Source: Rikenella sp.
Lineage (GTDB): Bacteria; Bacteroidota; Bacteroidia; Bacteroidales; Rikenellaceae
DNA length: 64,000 nt
Direction of reading: 5' to 3'
Assembly (NCBI GenBank): GCA_031551865.1
Contig: JAVBMY010000012.1
Location: forward strand, 8,753-72,752
The position numbers and the translations under genes were made by a program. How positions within the stretch are numbered: the first letter of the stretch is position 1; every line of letters starts with the position of its first letter. Shown piece after piece: positions 9,048-19,786 of this stretch. Below the pieces are notes generated by a model, which did no database searches, had not been told where the DNA came from, and saw nothing but the letters and a program-made list of their open reading frames with translations.

Positions 9048-9680
9048 ATGCGCAACAAACACCGACATACCCCGTTCGAAACCGACGATTTCCTCGAAGA
9101 GACTGCTACAGGCCGTGAGTCCGGAGACGCCCGTTACGCGACCGGAAAAGAAGCCGGGCCATGGGCAGCGTCCGGCGACTACCCGGCCGAAGATGAGACC
9201 TACGCCCCCGAAGCCTACGACGACCCCTTCACCCTGCCCCGCCCCGGGGGTCCCCGGCGCCCGCGCCGCAAAATGAACATCGGGCAATTCTTCACCGGCA
9301 GCGTCATCGAGCGCAAAGGCTTCACCCGCCTGCTACCCGTGGTGGTATTTGTGGTTGTACTGATGCTGCTCTACATCGGCAACGGTTTCCGGGTGCAGGA
9401 AAAACACAGCCGCATCGACCAGCTCGACAACGAACTGAAGCGCCTCAAAACCCTCTCGGCCACCACCACCGCCGCCCGCATGAGCCTCACGCGGCAGGGG
9501 CGGATCGAAGAGCTCATCCGACAGCGCAACATCCCGCTCACTTTCGGCAAAAACCCCGTCCACATCATCGACCCACGGCCACCCGGGCTGGCCCCCTCGT
9601 CCGCTACCCCACAACCGCCCGTTTCAAACCCGGCCCCCGACGAATCCGGGACCAACACCGGCGCCGATATCCATGAATAG
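9048..9680 (+). CDS. ftsL: FtsL-like cell division protein (start uncertain, possibly 9273)
   Basis: Single TM followed by a coiled coil (LLYIGN..IDQLDNELKRLK); lies directly after rsmH. Confidence 0.7.
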   Translation: MRNKHRHTPFETDDFLEETATGRESGDARYATGKEAGPWAASGDYPAEDETYAPEAYDDPFTLPRPGGPRRPRRKMNIGQFFTGSVIERKGFTRLLPVVVFVVVLMLLYIGNGFRVQEKHSRIDQLDNELKRLKTLSATTTAARMSLTRQGRIEELIRQRNIPLTFGKNPVHIIDPRPPGLAPSSATPQPPVSNPAPDESGTNTGADIHE

Positions 9681-10650
9681 CCCGGCGACATACCCGTGGG
9701 GCGACGGGCGGCGCTACAACAGCTACTCGCGCCACTTCCGCGAACTGTTCGGGACCCGCCTGCAAAAAGTCGCCGTCGACGCCGGATTCACCTGTCCCAA
9801 CCGCGACGGCACCGTCGGCACCGGAGGCTGCACCTTCTGCAACAACGCCGCCTTCACCCCCTCGTACTGCGCGGCGGCGCTGAGCGTCGGAGAGCAGATC
9901 GAGACCGGGATCGCTTTCCACGCCCGCCGCTACCGCAAAGCCGGAGGCTATCTGGTCTACTTCCAGAGTTTTTCGAACACCCATAAACCTTTGGCCGAAT
10001 TGCGCGTCATATACGACGAAGCGGCCGCCCATCCCGACGTGCGCGGCATCGTGGTCGGCACCCGCCCCGACTGCGTCGACGCCGCGAAACTCGACTATTT
10101 CGCCACGCTCGCTGCCCGCAGCGGGCGCCACATTGTGCTGGAATACGGCATCGAATCGGTCTACGACGACACCCTGCGCGCCATTAACCGCGGACACGAC
10201 TTCGCCGCAGCGGAGCGGGCCGTTGCGATGACCGCCGAGCGCGGCCTCCCGTGCGGTGCCCACTTCATCGTGGGACTACCCGGTGAAACCGACGAGATGA
10301 TCCGCGCCTCGGCCACGGCGATCAACGCCTTACCGCTCGACAGCGTGAAATTCCACCAGTTGCAGATCCACCGCGGCACAGCCATGGCCGCCAGTTTCGC
10401 CGCCGATCCGTCGCGATACCGTTTTTTCGGGTTGTCAGCATACCTCGACCTGATGGCCGACCTGCTCGAACGGCTGCGGCCCACGCTGATCGTCGAGCGA
10501 TTCGCAGGCGAGGCCCCGCCGCGCTTCCTGGCCGAAGGAAGCGGCAACACCTGGCACGGCGTGCGCAACGAACGCTTCGTGCAACTGCTCGAACAGCGCC
10601 TCGAAGCGCGCGACGCCTGGCAGGGGCGGCTGGTGCCACAGGGCTACTGA
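9673..10650 (+). CDS. TIGR01212/YhcC-family radical SAM protein
   Basis: DAGFTCPNRDG..GGCTFC, YFQSFSNT, GTRPDC, VKFHQLQI. Confidence 0.92.
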   Translation: MNSPATYPWGDGRRYNSYSRHFRELFGTRLQKVAVDAGFTCPNRDGTVGTGGCTFCNNAAFTPSYCAAALSVGEQIETGIAFHARRYRKAGGYLVYFQSFSNTHKPLAELRVIYDEAAAHPDVRGIVVGTRPDCVDAAKLDYFATLAARSGRHIVLEYGIESVYDDTLRAINRGHDFAAAERAVAMTAERGLPCGAHFIVGLPGETDEMIRASATAINALPLDSVKFHQLQIHRGTAMAASFAADPSRYRFFGLSAYLDLMADLLERLRPTLIVERFAGEAPPRFLAEGSGNTWHGVRNERFVQLLEQRLEARDAWQGRLVPQGY

Positions 10651-10860
10651 GAAAAATCGGGGCTCCCCACCCCGCGAGCGGGCTTCGCCGCCGGGAAAAC
10701 CCGATGGACTAAAGCGGCCCGCGCCAGCCACCGAAGCGCGCCATCGCGCGTTTGGTGCGGATCGCGGAGTTTATCCTGAGCAACCTGCGCGGCAGGCGCC
10801 CGAAGGACTCGCTACACTGTGCCGACACAGAGAAAGGCAGGCCTGCTCCGCAGGCCGCCC
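10651..10860 (+). repeat. Mosaic repeat (expanded E module plus D module)
   Basis: cggagtttatcctgagc..ccgaagg and gagaaaggcaggcctgctccgcaggccgcc. Confidence 0.75.
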
Positions 10861-10938
10861 CGCCATACAAAGCCGCCACCCGGCAAACGCAGCCCTGCCC
10901 CCCCCAACAACCCACCGAAAATCCCTATCTTTGACCCG

Positions 10939-12942
10939 ATGAAAAAACTACTGGCGACCCTCCTGTTCGGCATCACCCTGGTGACCGGCCTTGCCGAAAG
11001 CGCCCGGGCGCAGCTCAACAAACCCTATTTCTTCTACCTCGGCCGCGAATACATCATCGCCGGCCGCTACCGCGAAGCCATCGATGCCCTGAACATGCTC
11101 CTGCGTACCGAAACCAAAGAGTACGAAGGCTACTTCCTGCGCGGCGTCGCCAAATACAACCTCGACGACCTGCTCGGCGCCGAGGCCGATTTCACGCGCG
11201 CCGTCGAAGAGAACCCCGTCTACACGCTCGCCTACCAATACCGCGCCATCACCCGCTCGCGGATGGGCAACTACGAAGAAGGGCTGCAAGACTACAACGC
11301 CGCCCTCGAACTGCGTCCCTCATTGTCGCCCGTCTATTTCAGCCGGGGGGTGACCTACTTCCTCAACCAGCAATTCGAAGCCGCCGCCGCCGACTTCACC
11401 CAATACCTCAAGAATGAGCCCACCGACGTCAACGCCCTCACCAACCGCGGCACCTGCTACCTCTACCTCAAAGACACCGTGCGGGCCTACGCCGACTTCA
11501 ACCGCGCCGTGGCCGTCAACCCCCGCAACGCCGAAGGCTACTTCCGCCGCGGCATCCTCGAAGTGTCGCAGCACAACTACGACCAGGGCATCGCCGACCT
11601 CGACCGCGCCGCCCAGCTCAACGACCGGTGGAGCCCCGTATTCTTCTACCGCGCCCGCGCCAAAGCCGCACAAAACAAAGTCATCGAAGCCCTCGCCGAC
11701 ATGAACCGCGCCATCGATTGCGACACCACCAACTCCGTGGCCTACTTCAACCGCGCCCTGCTGCTCGGCGAGATCGGCGACTACTCGGGCGCCATCGCCG
11801 ACTACGACCGCGTAGCCCTCTACAACCCCGGCAACGTGCTCGTCGTCTTCAACCGCGCTTCGGTCAAGGCCCGTATCGGCGACCTGCGCGGCGCCATCGC
11901 CGACTACACGCGCGCCATCGAACTCTACCCCGACTTCGCGAACGCCTACCTGCGCCGTGCCGACCTCAAAGCCCAACTGCGCGACACGCGCGGCGCCGAA
12001 ACCGACCGCCGCACCGCCAAAACCAAGATCGAGGCCTACCGCAACCAACTGGCCGACCGCTCGTTCTCGGAGTTCGCCGACACCAGCCGCCAGATGAACC
12101 AGATGCTCTCGTTCGACGCCGATTTCGGCGACAATCCCCTGCAAGCCATGACCAGCGACGCCCGCCGCGACGCCCGCCTGCTCCCCTTGTTCCGGGTAAC
12201 CATCGTGCCGCAGGACACCGTCGCCCTATATACCCAGCGCAACTATTACAACGAGCGCCAGGTCCGGCTCCTCGGGTCGCTTGCCGGGCCCGCAGGCTAC
12301 ACCTTCGCCCTCGGGACCCCGGCTTCCGGTTCGGTGCCCACCGACAGCATCGCCGCGTGGGACACCGCCAACGACAAGCCCGAGACCTGGGAAGCCTATT
12401 TCCGCAAAGGGCTGACCCAAAGCGCCCTGACCCAGTACACCTCGGCGATGAGCTACTACACCCGCTCGCTGCACGAAAAGGGCGACAACCCCTACACCTA
12501 CCTCAACCGCGCTGTGACGCAAGCCGAGATGATCGAATTCATCTCGTCGCTCGCCGGTAAATCGGCCCTGCAGACCATCGCCATCGGCGAAAACAATGAC
12601 CCCGCCGCCCGCCTGCTGCAAGGCGAATCGCGCCCCACCTACGACTACAGCGAAGCGATCCGCGACCTGCGCCGCGCCGCCGACCTGATGCCCGAACTGC
12701 CCTACGTATACTACAACCTGGCCAACCTCTACTGCCTGAGCGGCGACCTGCCGGGGGCCATCGACCTCTACACGCAGGCCATCGAGCGCTGGCCCGAATT
12801 CGCCGAAGCCTACTACAACCGGGGCCTGGTGCAGATCTTCCTGCGCGACGTGCAGAAAGGCTGCATGGACATCAGCAAAGCCGGCGAGCTCGGCCTGCAG
12901 GACGCCTACCGCACCCTGCGCGTCTACTGCATCAAGAAATAA
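10939..12942 (+). CDS. Secreted multi-TPR protein
   Basis: Signal peptide; many AY.NRG/A..DY..AI TPR units; TATCTTTG 5 nt before the ATG. Confidence 0.9.
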   Translation: MKKLLATLLFGITLVTGLAESARAQLNKPYFFYLGREYIIAGRYREAIDALNMLLRTETKEYEGYFLRGVAKYNLDDLLGAEADFTRAVEENPVYTLAYQYRAITRSRMGNYEEGLQDYNAALELRPSLSPVYFSRGVTYFLNQQFEAAAADFTQYLKNEPTDVNALTNRGTCYLYLKDTVRAYADFNRAVAVNPRNAEGYFRRGILEVSQHNYDQGIADLDRAAQLNDRWSPVFFYRARAKAAQNKVIEALADMNRAIDCDTTNSVAYFNRALLLGEIGDYSGAIADYDRVALYNPGNVLVVFNRASVKARIGDLRGAIADYTRAIELYPDFANAYLRRADLKAQLRDTRGAETDRRTAKTKIEAYRNQLADRSFSEFADTSRQMNQMLSFDADFGDNPLQAMTSDARRDARLLPLFRVTIVPQDTVALYTQRNYYNERQVRLLGSLAGPAGYTFALGTPASGSVPTDSIAAWDTANDKPETWEAYFRKGLTQSALTQYTSAMSYYTRSLHEKGDNPYTYLNRAVTQAEMIEFISSLAGKSALQTIAIGENNDPAARLLQGESRPTYDYSEAIRDLRRAADLMPELPYVYYNLANLYCLSGDLPGAIDLYTQAIERWPEFAEAYYNRGLVQIFLRDVQKGCMDISKAGELGLQDAYRTLRVYCIKK

Positions 12943-12947
12943 GGCCG

Positions 12948-13180
12948 AGCCGTAAATCGTTCGTTAAACGATTTACGGCTTTGAATCCGCTCTGCGGCTT
13001 CCTCCTCCTTGCGCCTCGGCAATCTGCAAATAAATTTGCATTGCACTCGGCTACTGCGCCGGGTCTTAATGCTTGAGGTTCGAGGGAGCGGGATTTCGGG
13101 GTAGTGGCTTCAAAAAAAGCATCGACGCTACCCTCGCGCCACGCCGGGTCCTTTTTTTGAAGCCACTACCCCGAAATCCC
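12948..13180 (-). repeat. L-element copy 2 (30-bp perfect stem) plus T module plus S hairpin
   Basis: 13090-13119 pairs with 13151-13180; T module at 12981-13066; S hairpin at 12948-12980. Confidence 0.9.
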
Positions 13181-13262
13181 TTGAGAACAAAACAACCCGG
13201 TGGAGGGAGTGGAAAAAAGGAAAAGAAGAAAAACAATAATGAAATTATATTAACCCACCCTT

Positions 13263-14651
13263 ATGGTAGAAAAAATCAAACGAAAACTGGCCCATTCGCC
13301 CTCGGCGCGCTGGATTGTGCTGGCCATGGTCTCGCTCACCATGTTCGCCGGCTACTTCCTGTGCGACGTGATGGCGCCCCTGAAAAACGCCATGACCGAA
13401 CTCTTCGGCTGGGACAACACCGACTTCGGCATCTTCAACAGCGGCTACGGCTGGCTGAACGTATTCCTGCTGATGCTCATCTTCGGCGGTATCCTGCTCG
13501 ACCGCTGGGGCCCGCGCCGCACCGGCGTGCTGGCCGTAGGAGTGATGGTGATCGGCATCGCCGTTAAATACTATGCCGTCGCCTTCATGGACGGCCACGA
13601 AATGAGCCACTTCTGGTTCTTCGGCGAGCGTGCCGTCCGAACCCAGGTGTTGCTGGCCGCCGCCGGCTTCGCCATCTTCGCCCTGGGCTACGAAGTCGTG
13701 GGGATCACCGCCACCAAGATCATCGTCCGCTGGTTCAAAGGCCGGGAAACCGCCCTCGCCCTGGGGCTGAACGTATCGCTGGCGCGCCTGGGCAGCGCCC
13801 TGGCCATGATCGCCCCCGTGCCGCTGTACAAGTGGTCGGGTTCGATCGGTTTTCCCATCCTGTTCGGTTTGGTATTACTGGCCATCGGTTTTGTGGGCTT
13901 TATGGTCTACGTGGTGATAGAACGCGACGCCACGGCCGCCGACACCAAGTCCGCCGAAGCCGAGCGCTTTCACCTGCGCGACGTATTCACGATCTTCGCG
14001 ATGCGCGGATTCTGGTACGTGGCCATGCTCTGCCTGCTCTTCTACTCGGCCATCTTCCCGTTCCTGAAATACGCCCCGGACATCATGATGCAGAAGTTCG
14101 GCATCAGCGAATCGTGGTCGGGATTCGTGCCGTCGTTGCTGCCCTTCGGAGCCATACTGCTTACGCCTCTGTTCGGCAACATCTACGACCGGCGCGGAAA
14201 AGGAGCCACGATGATGATCCTCGGGTCGCTGATGCTGGTCTTCATATATTCGATCTTTGCAATCCCGGCCGCCAGCCACTGGCTGATTGCCGCCGGGCTC
14301 GTCATCGCCATGGGAATCGCCTTCTCGCTGGTGCCCTCGGCCATGTGGCCCTCGGTGCCGAAGATGATCCCCGAGCGCAAACTCGGCACCGCCTACGCCC
14401 TGATCTTCTGGATCCAGAACGTTGGGCTTTCGTGCGTTCCGCTGCTGATCGGATGGATGCTCGACCGCTGGGGAACACTGCCCCCGGCCGTGGTCGACGG
14501 GAAAGCAGTCGCCCAATACGACTACACCCTGCCCATGCTCGCTTTTCTGTGCATCAGTGGCCTGGCCGTACTCTTCGGCCTGCTGCTCAAACGCGAAGAC
14601 CGCCTGCGCGGCTACGGTCTCGAAAAACCGAACATCACTACTGCAGCGTAA
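13263..14651 (+). CDS. MFS transporter
   Basis: About 12 TM segments; GGILLDRWGPRR motif A. Confidence 0.92.
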   Translation: MVEKIKRKLAHSPSARWIVLAMVSLTMFAGYFLCDVMAPLKNAMTELFGWDNTDFGIFNSGYGWLNVFLLMLIFGGILLDRWGPRRTGVLAVGVMVIGIAVKYYAVAFMDGHEMSHFWFFGERAVRTQVLLAAAGFAIFALGYEVVGITATKIIVRWFKGRETALALGLNVSLARLGSALAMIAPVPLYKWSGSIGFPILFGLVLLAIGFVGFMVYVVIERDATAADTKSAEAERFHLRDVFTIFAMRGFWYVAMLCLLFYSAIFPFLKYAPDIMMQKFGISESWSGFVPSLLPFGAILLTPLFGNIYDRRGKGATMMILGSLMLVFIYSIFAIPAASHWLIAAGLVIAMGIAFSLVPSAMWPSVPKMIPERKLGTAYALIFWIQNVGLSCVPLLIGWMLDRWGTLPPAVVDGKAVAQYDYTLPMLAFLCISGLAVLFGLLLKREDRLRGYGLEKPNITTAA

Positions 14652-14671
14652 AACGAAAAGTTTCTCTGAAC

Positions 14672-14822
14672 AAAGAGCGGCCAGCCCACCGGGTTGGCCG
14701 CTGTCATAAGCATGGCACCCTTCACCGAGAAAGAAGCGCCCGGCCTTGCTAAGCACACCCTCCGGTGCGCCGCTCGGCCACAAAGTCCGGAGAAAAGCAG
14801 GCCTGCCTTACGGCAAGCCGCA
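14672..14822 (+). repeat. Mosaic repeat (A, partial B, D)
   Basis: aaagagcggccagccc..gggttggccgc; gagaaagaagcgcc; ggagaaaagcaggcctgcc. Confidence 0.8.
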
Positions 14823-14890
14823 CAATAGACGCGAAAAGCCTTCCGAACACCCTTGCCAGCGTGGGGCAAAATGCGTAGCTTTGCAGGCAT

Positions 14891-16474
14891 ATGGGGAAAC
14901 GGCTGCACCTAAATATTCTCAGGGGTGACAAGGCGCTATGGATCATAGTCAGCCTGTTGTTGCTCGTGTCGCTGCTGATCGCCTATTCCGCCACCACCTC
15001 GGTCGCCTACCGTGTCTACGGCGGCGACTACACCTTTTACCTCTTCCGGCAAATCCGGTTCATCATGATCGGCTTTTTCGTCATCATCCTGTTCCACAGC
15101 CTCAACTACAAAGGATACGCGAAAATCCCCAAAAGCCTGTTCTGGGTGAGCCTTGCGCTCGTGGCCCTGGTCTACTTCATCGGGCTGAGCAAAAACGAGG
15201 CCTCGCGTTGGATGGGCATCCCGGGGCTGATCGCATCGTTCCAGCCTTCGGAAATCCTCAAAGTCGCTTTAATTATCCTGCTCGCCCAGCAACTCGGTGC
15301 CCGGCAGCACTACATCGGGCGCGCCCCGCTGCTTCCCCCGCTCACCTCGGGCGGCTGGAAGGCCAATCCCCAGCGCAGCCGCAACATCTACCACAACATC
15401 AGCAAGCCCCTGCTGCTCCCGCTGCTGCTGAGCTGCGCCCTGGTCATGCCCTCGAACCTCTCGACCGCCCTGATCATCTTCGGGGCCTGCACTGTGATGA
15501 TGTCCGCGGGTGGCGTCCGGGCGCGCCAGCTGACCAAATTCGTTTTCCTCACCCTTCTGGCCGGACTGCTCATGCTGAGCGCCATGAAACTGGCCGGCGT
15601 GGGACGGGCGCAAACCCAGTTCAACCGCATCGTGCAATTTGTGACCCCGGCGGCCGGCGAGAACGGCGGCGAAGAGTCGAACGCCAACAAATTCCAGGTC
15701 GAACAAGCCAACATCGCCATCGCCTCGGGCGGCATCTTCGGCAAAGGCCCCGGCAACAGTACCCAGCGCTCGCAACTCCCCCACGCCTACGACGACTTCG
15801 TGTACGCCTTCATCGTCGAAGAATACGGCCTCGTGGGCGGCATTATCATCTTCGTACTCTACCTGTGGCTCTTCTACCGGTCGGGACTGATCGCCAGCCA
15901 GACCCGGCACCCCGCCAAAGCGCTGATCGTGATCGGGCTGAGCACCATGATCACCATGCAGGCCTTCGTGAACATGTGCGTGTCGGTGGGGCTGATGCCC
16001 GTCACCGGGCAGCCGCTGCCCCTGATCAGCATGGGAGGCAGTTCGGTAATGATGACCTGTGTGGCCATCGGACTGATCCTGGGCGTGAGCCGCGAGAACG
16101 AAAAAGAACGCCTGGCCGAAGAGAAGGCTTTGGCTGCCGAAGCCGCCGAAGAAGAAGCATCGCCCGCTGCTGCAGGGGTTGCCGCTTTGCCGCGCGCCGC
16201 GGACGATAACAAAGTTCTTGCAAGCTCTAAAACAGAGGCTACCGGACCTCCTGACCACAGCCATTCGGCACCCGTCAGTAAAGCGAATAAAAAGACCTCG
16301 CTCTTTGCCCGACAAGAAGCCCCTTCTTCGCCAGTTCCGGTTGTTGCAGGCGAAGACGACGATGAACTTCGGCTCGTGGATCGCAGCGCGCCCGGCACCA
16401 CTGCCACCGGTACCGGACACCGCGAAGTGATCAACCTCGAAGACGACGACTGGGATGATGAAGCGCCGTTCTAA
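14891..16474 (+). CDS. ftsW: SEDS peptidoglycan polymerase FtsW, with long acidic C-tail
   Basis: SFQPSEILK, GKGPGNS, DFVYAFIVEEYG, PVTGQPLPLISMGGSS. Confidence 0.93.
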   Translation: MGKRLHLNILRGDKALWIIVSLLLLVSLLIAYSATTSVAYRVYGGDYTFYLFRQIRFIMIGFFVIILFHSLNYKGYAKIPKSLFWVSLALVALVYFIGLSKNEASRWMGIPGLIASFQPSEILKVALIILLAQQLGARQHYIGRAPLLPPLTSGGWKANPQRSRNIYHNISKPLLLPLLLSCALVMPSNLSTALIIFGACTVMMSAGGVRARQLTKFVFLTLLAGLLMLSAMKLAGVGRAQTQFNRIVQFVTPAAGENGGEESNANKFQVEQANIAIASGGIFGKGPGNSTQRSQLPHAYDDFVYAFIVEEYGLVGGIIIFVLYLWLFYRSGLIASQTRHPAKALIVIGLSTMITMQAFVNMCVSVGLMPVTGQPLPLISMGGSSVMMTCVAIGLILGVSRENEKERLAEEKALAAEAAEEEASPAAAGVAALPRAADDNKVLASSKTEATGPPDHSHSAPVSKANKKTSLFARQEAPSSPVPVVAGEDDDELRLVDRSAPGTTATGTGHREVINLEDDDWDDEAPF

Positions 16475-16507
16475 GTGCGCACCCGCACTGGGGATTATTC
16501 TTTCGTA

Positions 16508-16794
16508 GAGAAAAGAGCGGCCAGCCCGGCCCCCCGGTCGGCTCGCAAAGAAAAAAACGCCCGCCCGCACCCGGCGAGGTACGAGGTCGCGCCAACAATT
16601 ACTTACCCGTTGGCAGGCCAGTTAACTTTTACGAATTGTGGTTGACAGGATGTCCCTGATGCCTGCGGTTGGCCGGTTGCCGACGCAGGAGGAATTCGCG
16701 CCCGCCCCGGCCCCCTTTAGGGCGGGCGCACTCCTTTACCGGAATCGTATGCACAATTCCGTTTCAGTCGGTACGGCCCCCTTACGGGGCCGCC
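16508..16794 (+). repeat. Mosaic repeat (partial A, B, C)
   Basis: gagaaaagagcggccagccc; gcgcccgccc..gggcgggcgc; tcagtcggtacggccccc..ggggccgcc. Confidence 0.8.
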
Positions 16795-16844
16795 AAAAGC
16801 ACCCTCCGACCAACCCCTGCCTGCCCCGCAACCACTCTCCATAC

Positions 16845-18236
16845 ATGACCTACAAAAACATATACTTCATCGGCATCGGCGGCATTGGCATGAGCGCCCT
16901 GGCCCGCTACTTTCGCCACGAAGGCTGCGCCGTGAGCGGCTACGACCGCACCCCGAGCCCCCTGACCGCCGAACTCGAAGCCGAAGGCATCGCCGTACAC
17001 TACGACGACAACACCGGGCTCATACCCGATGACATACGGCAAAGCCCCCCCGCGGAAACCCTCGTCGTCTACACCCCCGCCGTGCCCGCCGACCACAGCG
17101 AGTTGCAATGGTTCCGGGCTAACGGCTACGAAGTGCTGAAACGCTCGCGCACCCTCGGCATCATCGGCGCCCATAAACGCGTAATGGCCGTGGCCGGTAC
17201 CCACGGCAAGACCTCGACCACCACCATGGCCGCCTGGTTCAATACCCGCGGCGCAGGCCAGGGGAGCGCCTTCCTGGGCGGCATCTCGAAGAACTTCGGC
17301 AGCAACCTCGTGCTCGGCCCCGGCGAACGGCTGGCCGTTGAAGCCGACGAATTCGACCGCTCGTTCCTGCAACTCGAACCGCAGGCCGCCGTCATCACCT
17401 CGACCGACGCCGACCACCTCGACATCTACGGCAACGCCGAAGCCTTTGCCGAAGCCTTCGAAGCCTTTGCCCGACAAATCAAACCCGGCGGCACCCTGAT
17501 CACCAAAGAAGGGATCGGCCTCTCCGCCGGCCGCATCGACATCGGGCGCTACACCTACTCGCTCGACGACAAAAACAGCGACTTCCACGCCGAAAACCTC
17601 ACCGTCGACACCACCGGGCACTACACCTTCGACCTCGTGCTGCCCGACCACCGCATCGACGACTGCCGGCTCGGCATCCCCGGCGCCGTGAACGTCGAGA
17701 ACTGCGTGGCCGCCGCCGCCCTCTGCTGGACCGAAGGCTTCACGTCGGACGACAATCTTAAAGAAGCCATCGCCACTTTCAGCGGCGTACGCCGCCGGTT
17801 CGACTTCCACGTCAACACCCCGCAGGTGGTCTACATGGACGACTACGCCCACCACCCGACCGAGCTGGCCGCCATGCTGACCTCGGTGCGCGGCATGTTC
17901 CCCGGCCGGAGCGTAACCCTCGTGTTCCAGCCCCACCTCTATACCCGCACGCGCGATTTCGCCCCCGCGTTCACCGAAGCGCTGAGCCTGGCCGACCACC
18001 TGCTGCTGCTGCCCATCTACCCTGCCCGCGAAGAGCCCATCGAAGGCGTCAGCTCCGAAATGCTGCTGCGCGGAATCCACGTGCCGGGAAGCAGCGAGAT
18101 CGTGCAGAAAGAGGAGCTGATCGCGCGGCTGTCCGCACTCGACTTCGACATCCTGGTCACCGCCGGTGCGGGCGACATCGACCGCTTCTGCGAGCCGATC
18201 GCAGCGTTGGTTCGGCAAAGGGTAGCGGAAAAATAA
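16845..18236 (+). CDS. murC: UDP-N-acetylmuramate--L-alanine ligase
   Basis: GIGGIGMSALA, AGTHGKTST, EADEFDRSF, DDYAHHPTE, FQPHLYTRTRD. Confidence 0.97.
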   Translation: MTYKNIYFIGIGGIGMSALARYFRHEGCAVSGYDRTPSPLTAELEAEGIAVHYDDNTGLIPDDIRQSPPAETLVVYTPAVPADHSELQWFRANGYEVLKRSRTLGIIGAHKRVMAVAGTHGKTSTTTMAAWFNTRGAGQGSAFLGGISKNFGSNLVLGPGERLAVEADEFDRSFLQLEPQAAVITSTDADHLDIYGNAEAFAEAFEAFARQIKPGGTLITKEGIGLSAGRIDIGRYTYSLDDKNSDFHAENLTVDTTGHYTFDLVLPDHRIDDCRLGIPGAVNVENCVAAAALCWTEGFTSDDNLKEAIATFSGVRRRFDFHVNTPQVVYMDDYAHHPTELAAMLTSVRGMFPGRSVTLVFQPHLYTRTRDFAPAFTEALSLADHLLLLPIYPAREEPIEGVSSEMLLRGIHVPGSSEIVQKEELIARLSALDFDILVTAGAGDIDRFCEPIAALVRQRVAEK

Positions 18237-18309
18237 AGGCATTTACCCGTCCCCGAGTGACTCCGGCGCCGGGTATCGCCGCTACTACTGGCATTGCCAC
18301 CTTTGCCGG

Positions 18310-18572
18310 AAAAAAGCGGCGGCCCCCAGCCTCCTCCCGACGGCCCACCGACGACCATAGCGAGGGTGACCGAATTTATTCAGATCGCCGAGCAAGTAGG
18401 AGAAAGAGGCCACAACGTGGACTCAAAGGCCGTGGGGCTGGGCACTCGGCTGATGCACGAGAAAAGGCGGCCACCCCACCCCCGTGAGCGACCTTTGTCC
18501 GCTGGGGTGGCCGCGGCATAAACACTACAACCTTCGCGGAGAAAAGCAGGCCTCGCTGCGCGAGGCCTGCCA
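18310..18572 (+). repeat. Mosaic repeat (hairpin with nested T module, then A and D)
   Basis: T-like 18350-18426 (reverse orientation) inside cccagcc..acggcc/ggccgt..ggctggg; A at 18467-18545; D at 18539-18572. Confidence 0.8.
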
Positions 18573-18621
18573 CAAACACGGCACAGAAATTGTGCAGAAC
18601 CTGACAAACGCAAACCATCCG

Positions 18622-19776
18622 ATGAGTAACCCGACCCCCGACACACCTTCGCAAGCGCGCCCGATCCGCGTGATCCTGAGCGGCGGCGGCACCGCAGGAC
18701 ACATCCACCCTGCGCTCGCCACGGCCGACGCCCTGCGCTCCCAATGCGGCGGCGGCGTCAAAATCCTCTTCGTGGGCGCCCTCGGAAAAATGGAGATGGA
18801 GCGCGTACCCAAAGCCGGTTACGACATCGAAGGGCTCCCTGTGGCCGGGCTGCAACGCCGCCTCTTATCCCTCGAAAACTTCGCGCTGCCGTTCAAAATC
18901 ATGAACAGCATCCGCCGCGCCCGCGCCATCATCCGCAAATTCAAGCCCGACGTCGTGGCCGGTTTCGGCGGCTATGCCAGTGCCCCCGTGCTCTTCGCCG
19001 CCCAACGGGCCGGCATCCCCACCCTGATCCAGGAACAAAACTCATTTGCCGGGCTGACCAACAAACTGCTCGCCCGCCGGGCGCGCCGCATCTGCACCGC
19101 CTACGACGGCATGGAACGCTTCTTCCCCCGCGAGCGCATCGTACCGACCGGCAACCCCCTGCGCGGTTGCTTCGACGGCATCGACGGCAAACGCGGCGAA
19201 GCCATCGCCCACTATTGCTTCAAACCCGAACGCAAAACCATCCTCGTGCTCGGCGGCAGCCTCGGCACCCGCACCCTCAACCGCAGCATGATGCGCTGGC
19301 TCGACACACTGGCCGGGCGCGATGACGTGCAGGTGATCTGGCAAAGCGGCCGCTACTACGAAGCCTCTCTCGAACAGGAGATCGCCGCGCGTCCCGGCGG
19401 ACAACCCGCCCACATCTGGCGCAGCGCCTTCATCGAACGGATGGACATGGCCTATGCCGCCGCAGACGTGGTGATCTCACGCGCCGGGGCCAGCACCGTT
19501 TCCGAATTGGAACTGGTGGGGAGGGCCGTGATCTTCGTACCGTCGCCCAACGTGGCCGAAGACCACCAGACCCACAACGCCCGCTCGCTCGTCGAACGAG
19601 GCGCCGCCCTGATGGTGACCGACGCCGAAGCCGAAGAGAAAGCCATCCCGCTGGCGCTCAAACTACTCGGCGACGACACCCGGCGCGAAGCGATGGCCTT
19701 GAAAATCAAAACACTCGGCCGCCCCGCCGCAGCAAGCGACGTGGCGCGGGAGATCATTGGGCTGGCGGAGCGATAA
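18622..19776 (+). CDS. murG: Lipid II GlcNAc transferase
   Basis: SGGGTAGHIHP, GFGGYAS, EQNS, GNPLR, GGSLG, SRAGA, DHQTHNA. Confidence 0.97.
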   Translation: MSNPTPDTPSQARPIRVILSGGGTAGHIHPALATADALRSQCGGGVKILFVGALGKMEMERVPKAGYDIEGLPVAGLQRRLLSLENFALPFKIMNSIRRARAIIRKFKPDVVAGFGGYASAPVLFAAQRAGIPTLIQEQNSFAGLTNKLLARRARRICTAYDGMERFFPRERIVPTGNPLRGCFDGIDGKRGEAIAHYCFKPERKTILVLGGSLGTRTLNRSMMRWLDTLAGRDDVQVIWQSGRYYEASLEQEIAARPGGQPAHIWRSAFIERMDMAYAAADVVISRAGASTVSELELVGRAVIFVPSPNVAEDHQTHNARSLVERGAALMVTDAEAEEKAIPLALKLLGDDTRREAMALKIKTLGRPAAASDVAREIIGLAER

Positions 19777-19786
19777 AGTTGCCACC

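Noticed and set aside
13073-13262. Small ORFs translated from repeat DNA (also 7800-8003, 19757-20122, 30198-30386, 49195-49566)
   Set aside because: They consist of palindromic repeat sequence with no coding signature.
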